This document shows positions 33,452 through 43,568 of a DNA stretch of 43,568 nt, piece after piece. Every line of letters begins with the position of its first letter. The stretch's first letter is position 1. The DNA comes from Octopus bimaculoides (Eukaryota): the NCBI RefSeq assembly GCF_001194135.2, contig NC_068996.1, forward strand, positions 48,614,854 through 48,658,421. The letters are read 5' to 3'. A program made the translations under genes and the position numbers. A model generated the notes under the pieces. It did not search any database. It saw only the letters and a list, made by a program, of their open reading frames with translations, and was not told the DNA's origin.

Positions 33452-34321
33452 TAAATATTATTTTAACAGGCTTGGTTAGTGTTGGTTGATAAAGCTGGTT
33501 TGAGTTCCAATATACATGTGCATGTAGATAAAGGAAGAAATGAGAAAACCAGGTGGATAAAATGTGATGATTTATTTGACCTGTTAAAGAAAGGGTATTC
33601 TTATCTCATTTATGTCTTGTCCTAGCATAGAAAACACTTATCAAAATGTACACAGATGGTCTGGGAATGAAAACCATAGTCTTGTGATCATGTGTGTAAC
33701 ATTCTGACCTCTTAGTCACACATCTTTACACCTTTACACACACACATACACGCATATGGCAAAGTTGATGGAATACATCTTGAAGGAACGGTCAGAATAT
33801 ATACAGAATGGTTTAACATGCAGATGGTACATAATGATGATGTATGCGATATAGAATAGAAAAACAAAAAAAGTGACATAACTTCTGCTGGAGGATAAGA
33901 ACAAATGTACACGTCAAAGGATACCAAAGGCTGCCTGTGAAATAAATCTCTTAACTGTTGATTCAAACTCAACCACCTCGCTATAGAAATAGCAGGAAGG
34001 GGCTCCAGTAAAGAGGCATAAATTTCCCATGCTTGGCTGATCTGTCATGTGATGACATGAGGGCCAGAAGGGCAAGATCGATGTATAACCCATCATGTGA
34101 CCACTTCCAGAAAACACAATGTATGAGCTAATATATCCTTATTTAAGCTTCAACAAGAAAACTGTGGACATAAACTTGCTACAGTAACAACAACAATAAC
34201 TAAGTTGGTTTGTCTTTGACACATTGCCATTATGTTTCCCTTAAATATTGAAACCTATTCAACCCCATCTCTAATGAAATTTAACAAAAACATGTGCTAT
34301 GTATTTTTTAGAGTATTGTTG

Positions 34322-34705
34322 TTGTTGGCACTCCGTCGCTTATGACGTTGAGGGTTCCAGTTGATCCGATCAACGGAACAGCCTGCTCGTGAAATTAACG
34401 TGCAAGTGGCTGAGCACTCCACAGACACGTGTACCCTTAACGTAGTTCTCGGGGATATCCAGCGTGACACAGTGTGACAAGGCTGACCCTTTGAATTACA
34501 GGCACAACAGAAACAGGAAGAAAGAGTGAGAGAAAGTTGTGGTGAAAGAGTACAGCAGGGTTCGCCACCATCCCCTGCCGGAGCCTCGTGGAGCTTTAGG
34601 TGTTTTCGCTCAATAAACACTCACAACGCCCGGTCTGGGAATCAAAACCGCAATCCTACGGCCATGAGTCCGCTGCCCTAACCACTGGGCCATTGCGTCT
34701 CCACC
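34322..34705 (-). mobile_element. SINE family C copy
   Basis: Homologous to the 16372 copy. tRNA-like head at the right end (ggtggagacgcaatggcccagtggttagggc). Confidence 0.85.
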
Positions 34706-34757
34706 TGTTAGAGTTTTATTTCTTTTATTTTTCTCATATATACAGTTAGTTACTTAC

Positions 34758-34839
34758 CCAAGGCATACATATCGGACGTTTTTTAAGTCAAGAGGCTCAT
34801 TTTCAGGAATATCTCCAACAAATATTTCAATCTTGGAGG
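34758..34839 (-). CDS. CEP104: CEP104 coding exon (82 nt; (A)SKIEIFVGDIPENEPLDLKNVRYVCL(G))
   Basis: Acceptor tttatacatttcag| and donor |gtaagt. Translation resembles human CEP104 SSKIEFYISE..RFRRLG as I recall it. Phase 1 in, phase 2 out, matching the next exon. Confidence 0.88.
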
Positions 34840-34884
34840 CTGAAATGTATAAAAAGAAATTTGGATTAATATTTCAACCGACAT

Positions 34885-35100
34885 AAGGCAGCGAGCTGGC
34901 AGCATTGTTTGCACGCCGGGTGAAATTCTTAGCAGAATTTCGTCTGTCTTTATGTTCTGAGTTCAAATTCTGCCAAGGTCGGCTTTACCTTTCATCCTTT
35001 CAGGGTCAATAAATTAAGTACCAGTTGCATACTGGAGTTGATCTAATCAACTGGCCCCCACTCCCCAAAAATTTTGGGCCTTGTGCCTAGAGTAGAAAAG
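34885..35100 (+). mobile_element. SINE family D copy with 17-bp TSD
   Basis: Direct repeat AATATTTCAACCGACAT at 34868-34884 and 35101-35117. Confidence 0.9.
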
Positions 35101-35535
35101 AATATTTCAACCGACATCCCAACAGAGAACAAATATCTAAGCTCTCCACAGCATTTCTTGTTTCCTTCTTGAGTGGGGAAAGTTCTAATGGATTAACTGG
35201 AGGAAAGAAAATTTCTCTTTCCTCTGTTAATGACACAAAATAATGTTTCCAATAGTAAAATATTAAAAACTACTAGTCATGAGGTGAGTATCACTTTAAC
35301 AACACATGTATTTTCTACGCAATCCTATTCAAGTTGAATATTTACTGCTAACAAATTTTGATACGTGTTTCGTATGTTAGAACAAGATGCAAGTGAAGTA
35401 AAAATACCCTATCTTCAATTGTTGACTGAAGGTCAATATAAACTTACAGCAGGTTTAACTCTAATCTCAGTACTTAGTTACCTCATCAGTAAATGTTTTA
35501 TTGTAATTCCTGAACTACATTTAAAATAATAAACT

Positions 35536-35760
35536 TAACCCTCCAACATCAAGTTTACTCTGTCAAATGTAATTCTTATTTATTCACATTGTTTGGGATT
35601 AAATATGCATTATCTTGTAGCCTGGAGATTTCAATGATGTAGATGTTTAGTTTTAGAATGACATTGTAGGGTAATTGTAAGAGATTGGATCTACTTAGTT
35701 TTAATAAAACAGATAAAATATTTGGGCCGGATATGGCAGGATTAAATGCTAAAGGGTCAA
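35536..35760 (+). mobile_element. piggyBac-type MITE
   Basis: ttaa|ccct.. start and ..tgctaaaggg|tcaa end (decayed TTAA site). Homologous to 29844-30535. Confidence 0.75.
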
Positions 35761-37129
35761 TTTATTTGGAAACAGTGTGAAATAATGGTTATTGTTTCGT
35801 GGCCTAAATCATCATAAAGCAAATATCATTGTGAGTGATATCCAAATTACAGTGGAAAAGGCAAGCGACTGGATTTGATTAAAAAGAGACGATGAGTGAT
35901 GGCTAGAAGAATATTGAGTGAAACCTAGTAACCAGTTGATCTAGCAAGCAGGACACCATCTCAGTAAGGAGGGGCAGTGCACTATAATGCTGTCAAGAGG
36001 AAGGCTCCAAAATGGCACATATTCTCTCCTGATGACCCCATAAGTCTGCTGACATCCAATATACAGAATTTATATAAAGTCGTTTAAACGACTTTATATC
36101 ATTGTGTGAAAATAATATGTATTCTTGTATTTTTTTATTATTCAATTGATTTTTAATGATAATTAAAAAAACATTTTTAGTCTTAATTAGTCTAGTTTTA
36201 ACTATTACATCGTTTAAATATGTGCTAATATTATCTTTATTATTATTTTAACCTTAAACTTCGTTCAAATTGTATTTTGAATGAAAAAATTTGTTTAAGT
36301 TGGTTTTTGTATATAATATACCTGTTAACAGATATTATAATGGATGTAGGGTTGATTATGGAATGTTTATTATTTTGATATTTTTAATAATATTTTTCTA
36401 TCTTTATATAATAAGTATTTTATATAAATTCATTTGTTATTTATTGTTGGTTGGTATATACATTCATTTATTATTATTGTTGTTGTATTTTGACCTGAAG
36501 ATTAGCTATATCTGCGAATAGAATTGATTTTCGATAGTTTTAATCGATTTTAATCGATTTAAATTTCCTTTCAATTTGAAAATTAGTTATGAAACACGTG
36601 TAGTCATTTTATTATCTTGATCTTATGATATTTACTTTGTATTATATTATACTCATTTATTGTGCTTTTAATTATTAATTTTTCTATATGTGACAGTGGA
36701 TTTTCATCAATGAGTTCATGAACCTTGGTTCTTTTCCCTAAAACTATATATATATATATATATACCCTTTCTCATGTTTTTTGGGAATACCCTGCAACTT
36801 ACATTATGACCTTTGTACTTTGAGGATATGCCCTGGCACTTCAATATCATCTCTCCTCTGCTCTCTTTTGCATTTTTGCTGTCTTCCACTCTCTCTCTCC
36901 TGCTCTTCCCTCAGGCTGGGTAACCATGTATCTCCTTTACAACTGCACACCTATTTCTGTCCCCATTCCTGATCTCTCTCTCTCTCTTTCTCTCTGGCCA
37001 GGTAACCATGTACCTCCTCTGCAGCAAAACACCTTTTTCTGCATCTCTATTTCTCTATATAACTTTTTCATGATCTGACACTAAATCATCTCCTCCAATT
37101 CTTCCTCCCATCTCAAAAGATCTTGTCTT

Positions 37130-37330
37130 GCAGGTTACTTGGTGACCCCACCAGTGCTGGTGCTACATAAAAAAGCATCCTATCCACACTGTAAAGCAGT
37201 TGGCATTTGGAAGGTCAGTCAACCATAGAACTTTAGCCCCAAGATGGGCAACAATGACCCATCAGATCTCTCTGACTGTCCAAACCATGCCATATGTATG
37301 TATATGTGTGTATATTATCATCATCATTTA
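37130..37330 (+). mobile_element. Diverged repeat family B copy
   Basis: ..aaaagcatcc..acactgtaaagcagttggcatttggaagg.. ending in catcatcat-like sequence. Confidence 0.55.
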
Positions 37331-37696
37331 ATGTCCATGTCTTTCTCTCTCTCTCTCTCTCTCTNNNNNNNNNNNNNNNNNNNNNNNNNNNNNNNNNNNN
37401 NNNNNNNNNNNNNNNNNNNNNNNNNNNNNNNNNNNNNNNNNNNNNNNNNNNNNNNNNNNNNNNNNNNNNNNNNNNNNNNNNNNNNNNNNNNNNNNNNNNN
37501 NNNNNNNNNNNNNNNNNNNNNNNNNNNNNNNNNNNNNNNNNNNNNNNNNNNNNNNNNNNNNNNNNNNNNNNNNNNNNNNNNNNNNNNNNNNNNNNNNNNN
37601 NNNNNNNNNNNNNNNNNNNNNNNNNNNNNNNNNNNNNNNNNNNNNNNNNNNNNNNNNNNNNNNNNNNNNNNNNTATATGTAAATATATATATATAT

Positions 37697-38052
37697 ATTC
37701 GTTCATTTAGTTGTTTCAGTCATTTGATTGTGGCCATGCTGCAGCACCACCGTTAGTCAAACAAAGGAGTTATTCTTTGTAAGCCTAGCACTTATTTTAT
37801 TGGTCTCTTTTGCCAAACTGCTAAGTTATGGAGATGTAAACACACCAACACCGGCTGTCAAGTGATGGAGCTGGGGAACACAAACGCACACACACACACA
37901 CACACATATATACGATGGGCTTCTTTCAGTTTCCGTCTCCCAAATCCACTCAACAAGGCTTTAGTAGAAGACACATGCCCAATGTGTCACACAGTGGGAC
38001 TGAACCTCGATACATGTGGTTGGTAAGCAAGCTACTTACCACACAGCCACTT
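37697..38052 (-). mobile_element. SINE family A copy
   Basis: Homology to family A. Confidence 0.85.
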
Positions 38053-38439
38053 CTCCTCTATATATACATATATATCTTTAACATATGAATATAAACAAAT
38101 TACAGAATATCTTTAATGTCTGACAAACCATGACATTTAAGCTGCATGTGGATTGGCCAAAATCATATTCCAAAAATTCAGCTTGTTGGAGCGTTCTAAG
38201 AGGTACTACAGTTGCCAAGAACTCAGCTGTCAGTTAAATACGATTCAAAATCTGATGATTACTACAAACATATGAAAGCGTTAACAAACTTTATGAACAT
38301 TACAAAATATTATTTTTGATGTTTAACACACTTCAACATTGTAAAAAAAAAAACAAATTGTAAATACAATAATAAAAAAAAGTTAAAACCAGACCATGTT
38401 TTCACTTTATTCACCTGATATATACAAATCTATATATTT

Positions 38440-38456
38440 GTGCGTGTGTGCGTGTG

Positions 38457-38488
<32 letters not shown>

Positions 38489-38496
38489 CGTGTGCA

Positions 38497-38565
<69 letters not shown>
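38440..38565. repeat. (GT)n microsatellite
   Basis: Direct inspection. Confidence 0.95.
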
Positions 38566-38569
<4 letters not shown>

Positions 38570-38881
38570 CATAAATACGTACATACATATTCGTAAATTC
38601 ATACATATTTGTAAATTATTCAGTTAGGTCATCTGGAAATATGTTTATGATATAATTAAATTATTAATGGTGAGACTCTTCAGTTTGTTTTTTTTTCTTC
38701 TTCTTCTTCTTGTTCTTTATATGTCTTTATGTATTCTTTGATCTTAATAGTTATGAAGATCATTGAAGCAAAACTTGGACATAATGCATGAGCAGTCTTC
38801 ACAGTTTTCTTGTGTGATATATATGGATGTTCTAAATACCAGTTACGTGTCATCCATTTTAAGCTTAATTTAAGCTATATA

Positions 38882-38933
<52 letters not shown>

Positions 38934-38948
38934 NNNNNNNNNNNNNNN

Positions 38949-39009
<61 letters not shown>

Positions 39010-39010
39010 C

Positions 39011-39715
39011 TCTCTCTCTCTCTTTTTTACTCTTTTACTTGTTTCAGTCAATTGACTGCGGCCATGCTAGAGCACTGCCTTTAGTTAAGCAAATCGACCC
39101 CAGGACTTATTCTTTGTAAGCCTAGTACTTGTTCTATCGGTCTCTATTGCAGAACCACTAAGTTATGGGGATATAAACACACCCAGAATCGGTTGTCAAA
39201 CGATGTTGGGGGGACAAACACAGACATACACACACACACACACATATATATACATATATACGACGGGCTTCTTTCAGTTTCCATATACCAAATCCACTCA
39301 CAAGGCTTTGGTCGGCCCGAGGCTATAGTAGAAGACATTTAACCAAGGTGCCACGCAAATAGATATATGTATTTCTATATATTTATATGCACACATTTTT
39401 ATATCTGTTTTATCATTTATCTTTTACTTATTTCAGTCACTGGACTGTGGCCATGCTGGGGCACCACCTTGAAGGGTTTTAGTTGAACAAATCAATCCCA
39501 GTATATCTTTTATCTTTTACTTATTTCAGTCACTGGACGGTGGCCATGCTGGAGCACTGCCTTGAAAAACTTTTAGTTGAATGAATCGACTCTAGTAATC
39601 CCTTTTTTTTTAAGAAGAGGTATTTATTCTATTGACTTTTTTTCTGTTGAACTGCTAAGTTACAAGGAGACAAACACACCAACACCAGTTGTCAAGTAGT
39701 GGGAACAAACATAGC
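39011..39715 (-). mobile_element. SINE family A copy plus additional duplicated tail fragments
   Basis: Copy at ~39011-39358. The tail segment tttacttatttcagtcactggac..ggccatgctgg is repeated at ~39420 and ~39515. Confidence 0.8.
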
Positions 39716-40929
39716 CTTTNNNNNNNNNNNNNNNNNNNNNNNNNNNNNNNNNNNNNNNNNNNNNNNNNNNNNNNNNNNNNNNNNNNNNNNNNNNNNNNNN
39801 NNNNNNNNNNNNNNNNNNNNNNNNNNNNNNNNNNNNNNNNNNNNNNNNNNNNNNNNNNNNNNNNNNNNNNNNNNNNNNNNNNNNNNNNNNNNNNNNNNNN
39901 NNNNNNNNNNNNNNNNNNNNNNNNNNNNNNNNNNNNNNNNNNNNNNNNNNNNNNNNNNNNNNNNNNNNNNNNNNNNNNNNNNNNNNNNNNNNNNNNNNNN
40001 NNNNNNNNNNNNNNNNNNNNNNNNNNNNNNNNNNNNNNNNNNNNNNNNNNNNNNNNNNNNNNNNNNNNNNNNNNNNNNNNNNNNNNNNNNNNNNNNNNNN
40101 NNNNNNNNNNNNNNNNNNNNNNNNNNNNNNNNNNNNNNNNNNNNNNNNNNNNNNNNNNNNNNNNNNNNNNNNNNNNNNNNNNNNNNNNNNNNNNNNNNNN
40201 NNNNNNNNNNNNNNNNNNNNNNNNNNNNNNNNNNNNNNNNNNNNNNNNNNNNNNNNNNNNNNNNNNNNNNNNNNNNNNNNNNNNNNNNNNNNNNNNNNNN
40301 ATATATATATATATATATACATATATACATACACGCACAGACATATGCACATGCACACACAGGCACACATACATACGTGCATACACACATGCCCGCAAAC
40401 ACATACTCACAAACACATACACGCACACATGTTACATATGGTGCCTCATTATAACAAAGCTTAATAAAGCATACAGCAGGAATTTAATTGTAAAAAAAAA
40501 AACACGAAGACATAAAAAAAAGAAAAATTAGAGGAATATTCTCATAACAAACGGTTCCATTGCTTTATTATATCACGCACAAACGAATGTAATGAACTCG
40601 TCAGACTTGACTTGTCTTTGTATTCTTTCTTTATTCCCTAATGAGCAGTAATTGTTTTTAATTGTTTATTTCAGTGTTCTTGTTATCCCACCATGGCATT
40701 ATATATAAGCTTAAGGCAATAATCATTAAATGGCAAACGAAAGATTATAAAAAAAAAAATACAAATGAAGAAGAGGAAATAGAAAGGACAAGTACTGTCA
40801 GCTTTGACTCTTTAGAATTTAAACCAGACAAATATCTGGCCCAAATAGTCTGTCTGTTATATGTTTAAACTGGTTAGAACCTGCATCTAACAGCTACCTT
40901 ATAATGTCATACTAAAAATAAACAAAATC

Positions 40930-41135
40930 ACGGAAAAAGCACCGGTACTGGTGACACGTAAAAGCACCCGGTACACTCTGTTGAGTGATCGGTGTTGGAG
41001 AAGGACATCCAGCTATATAGAAACCATGCCAAAAAACAGACGACTGGAGCACCAGGGCAGCTCTCTGGCTGGCCAGTTCCAGTCAAATCAGCCAACCTGT
41101 GCCGGCATGAAAAGCAGACATTGAATGCTGATGAA
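40930..41135 (+). mobile_element. Diverged repeat family B copy
   Basis: gtgacacgtaaaagcacc..acactctg..gaagg.catccagct.. homology. Confidence 0.7.
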
Positions 41136-41139
41136 GATG

Positions 41140-41176
41140 AAGAGGAAGGTGGTGGTGGTGGTGGTGGTGGTGGTGG

Positions 41177-41211
<35 letters not shown>

Positions 41212-41412
41212 CTGGTGCTCCTGNNNNNNNNNNNNNNNNNNNNNNNNNNNNNNNNNNNNNNNNNNNNNNNNNNNNNNNNNNNNNNNNNNNNNNNNNNNNN
41301 NNTGGTGGTGGTGGTGGTGGTGGCGGCGGCAGTGGTGGTGGCAATGCTGTTGCTGATGATGATGGTGGTGGTGATGATAATGATGATGATGATGATAATG
41401 ATGATGATGATA

Positions 41413-41446
<34 letters not shown>

Positions 41447-41450
41447 CATC
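41140..41450. repeat. Compound (GGT)/(GCT)/(GAT) trinucleotide tract (contains a gap)
   Basis: Direct inspection. Confidence 0.9.
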
Positions 41451-41868
41451 AATGACGGTCTAAGAGCTACGAGATAACACATGATTAATTCAAAACAATA
41501 TGAATAAATAAGCATCACATTTGACACAATAATCCGAATGCCGAAGGGTTAAAAGCAATGAAGAATCAATCCAACACAAATTAAAATCCATCATACAAAA
41601 TTCAAGAGAGAACAACATTTCTAACATGGACACACCAAAAAAATCATGGTAAATACGAAAAAATTAAATATGTGGCTGGATGAAATGTCTGAGTGCCATT
41701 TTGGCATTTTGTATCATCTCGAGTCATTAGCCAGCAAAATGCATTAAAATTCTTTAATTAGTTGAAACAAGGAGCTAAGTATGTCATTCAAATAATTTGT
41801 TGCATCTTGTGGTTGGTTTGAGAAGTTTGAGAAACTATTTAATATTTACAGGGTTCTGATAATTAGAT

Positions 41869-42023
41869 GTGGGTATGGCTGTGTGGTCAAGAAGTTCCCT
41901 TTGCATCTGTGTTGTTTCAGGTTCAGTTCCACTGTGTAGCACCTTGGGTAAGTGTCTTGAGTTATAGCACCAGGCTGACCAATGCCTTGTGAGTGAATTT
42001 GGAAGATGGTGGGAAAATGTGTG

Positions 42024-42030
<7 letters not shown>
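41869..42030 (+). mobile_element. SINE family A head fragment followed by (GT)n
   Basis: gtatggctgtgtggtcaagaag..ggttcagttccactgtg..accttgggtaagtgtc homology. Confidence 0.7.
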
Positions 42031-42093
<63 letters not shown>

Positions 42094-42559
42094 TTGCTGT
42101 TCTGTGATAGAAAATTCAACAAAAAAAGTACTTAGTCTGGTGAGAGATAAATTTTATTTATTTAAAGGACACAATACATGCCTTTAAGTGCTAATAATAG
42201 TTTCAAATGTTGAGAAATATCTCAAAGGTATTCATCAAGCACAAACCATATATTATAACGAAGAAAAAAATTGAAGAGAAGAAATGTGAAAAAACTGAGA
42301 AACAGCATATAGAAAATGCAGGAGGTTAGAAAAAAACAGAAAATAAGAAACAGAAAACAAAAACACAAAGACTAAAATGTAAAAAGTAAAAGAAAGGTAA
42401 AAGAGTTATCTTCCTTGGACCTTAAATTATAAGGCTGGAAAGATATCAAGTCAGTGAGGAATAGGCAGAATTTTCCAATTCTTCAAAATATATTTATACA
42501 TATGCTTGCAACTGCTGAAAATTTCAGACCTAGAGTTCAGTAGAGAGTTAAGAATCTTA

Positions 42560-42930
42560 GATCTGAATAGGATCTGTGCAGTTTAAGCTAAACAAAGCCT
42601 ACATTTATTCAATCCATTAACATAAGGTATGGATTTCTCAATCATTTTCCACTTGATCACATGTGGTACTTCAGGATCCTTCAAATTCTATACATAGCTA
42701 GCCAACTTAGTAGCTTTATTGTTGTCCTTATGTTGGAAGGAGGCAACGTGATTGGAATAGTGATTTTTAAATATGCCCTCACATAATACAATACACGTCT
42801 TCTTATCTGTTGTATTATTATTTCAGGTTGATAAATTCAGAAAGCAACTTATTTCTATCTTTAATCAATTAGGCCTTAAAATTACAGTAGTTGCTAATCT
42901 AATTATTTAGATGTTTCCCAAGACCTGAAC
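42560..42930 (+). mobile_element. Decayed Penelope-like reverse transcriptase fragment
   Basis: VDKFRKQLISIFNQLGLKITVVANL/NYLDVS resembles the PLE RT motif K.I..IF...GLKITI..NL..VNFLDV.LDL. Upstream part is heavily decayed. Confidence 0.6.
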
Positions 42931-42934
42931 TCCT

Positions 42935-42972
42935 CATATATATATATATAATATATGTATATATATATATAC

Positions 42973-43046
<74 letters not shown>

Positions 43047-43090
43047 AATATATATATATTTGTATATATATTTATATATATATATGTTTA
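42935..43090. repeat. (TA)n microsatellite
   Basis: Direct inspection. Confidence 0.95.
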
Positions 43091-43568
43091 TATTAATTGA
43101 AGTGTACAGTATCATACATCCATTATCATATAGCAGTATCATATATCCATTATGGTTGATCATGCCAATCAGTTTCACACTAAGGGTTCAACAGAGTGTT
43201 AGGTAACAGTCCGATTATGTAACCCTGCACTCATCAGAGGTAACCGTTATAAAATGAAATATGGCAACTACTCTCTATTGTTGGAAGTGCATAGACACAT
43301 CAGGTTTGTGGTTGTTGTGAAAATGCAGATGAAACAAATCAAGCAAGTGATTGACTTAAGAGTTATGTAGCTTGGTACCAAAACATTGTTTCTGGAAGTG
43401 CTTTGTTGCAAGTCAGCAGGAGCTTTCTCGAAAAGAGTTTGTGAGAAATATGTGTGTCTTTAAGGTTAGTGTTCTTGTGGAAATGGAATGTGTGTAGTGG
43501 TACTACATGTATAGCCTTTGTAGGTGGAGGACGGCATACATATATATATACATATATAAATATATATA

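Noticed and set aside
33880-34120. Minus ORF (..WPSCHHMTDQPS..) as a transposase or host exon
   Set aside because: No recognisable motif or consistent splice signals.
35101-35223. Minus-strand open frame EEREIFFPPVNPLELSPLKKETRNAVESL.. after an acceptor-like ttaacag
   Set aside because: No resemblance to the expected CEP104 segment (FCxFPQEIVLQ..HQYMI), no donor site found, and it runs into a SINE TSD.
36020-36060. Other CTGATGA heptamers (36030 plus; ~6650, ~35485, ~43230 minus) as hammerheads
   Set aside because: No stem II followed by GAAA at a suitable distance.
39655-41527. Long ORFs including poly-Gly/Ala/Asp
   Set aside because: N-gap and trinucleotide-repeat artefacts.

Overview
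Repeat-rich, gapped (N-runs) animal genomic DNA. The SINE, MITE and microsatellite content looks like a coleoid cephalopod (Octopus-like); this is pattern recognition, not a database match. The only host gene I can support is CEP104 (centrosomal/ciliary-tip protein) on the minus strand. It appears as five coding exons (34758-34839, 31574-31712, 27156-27212, 24040-24101, 18806-18915). All have GT-AG boundaries and their phases chain into one 450-nt open frame (..SKIEIFVGD..LG-YISLANNEK..YNQ-ISVVAINIIGD..-VMDPE..NR-PDYISPLDDLAFDMYQDP..EAVL). The 5' and 3' exons lie outside the window or in gaps. The rest is intronic: several tRNA-type SINE families; decayed RTE, CRE-like (RLE), Penelope, Gypsy and maT remnants; hAT, piggyBac, Merlin-like and Tc2-like MITEs; two foldback elements with (TTAGGG)n cores; a diverged ~350-bp tandem array; and abundant microsatellites. 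Most long ORFs in the supplied track are microsatellite or N-gap artefacts. The most notable observation is a candidate minimal type-I hammerhead ribozyme at 27557-27607 on the CEP104 sense strand. Its core has a compensatory G3:C8 swap and a palindromic stem III, and it sits in the loop of a foldback repeat. A second, partial hammerhead-like motif occurs at ~10068-10320. Both are structural inferences and untested.
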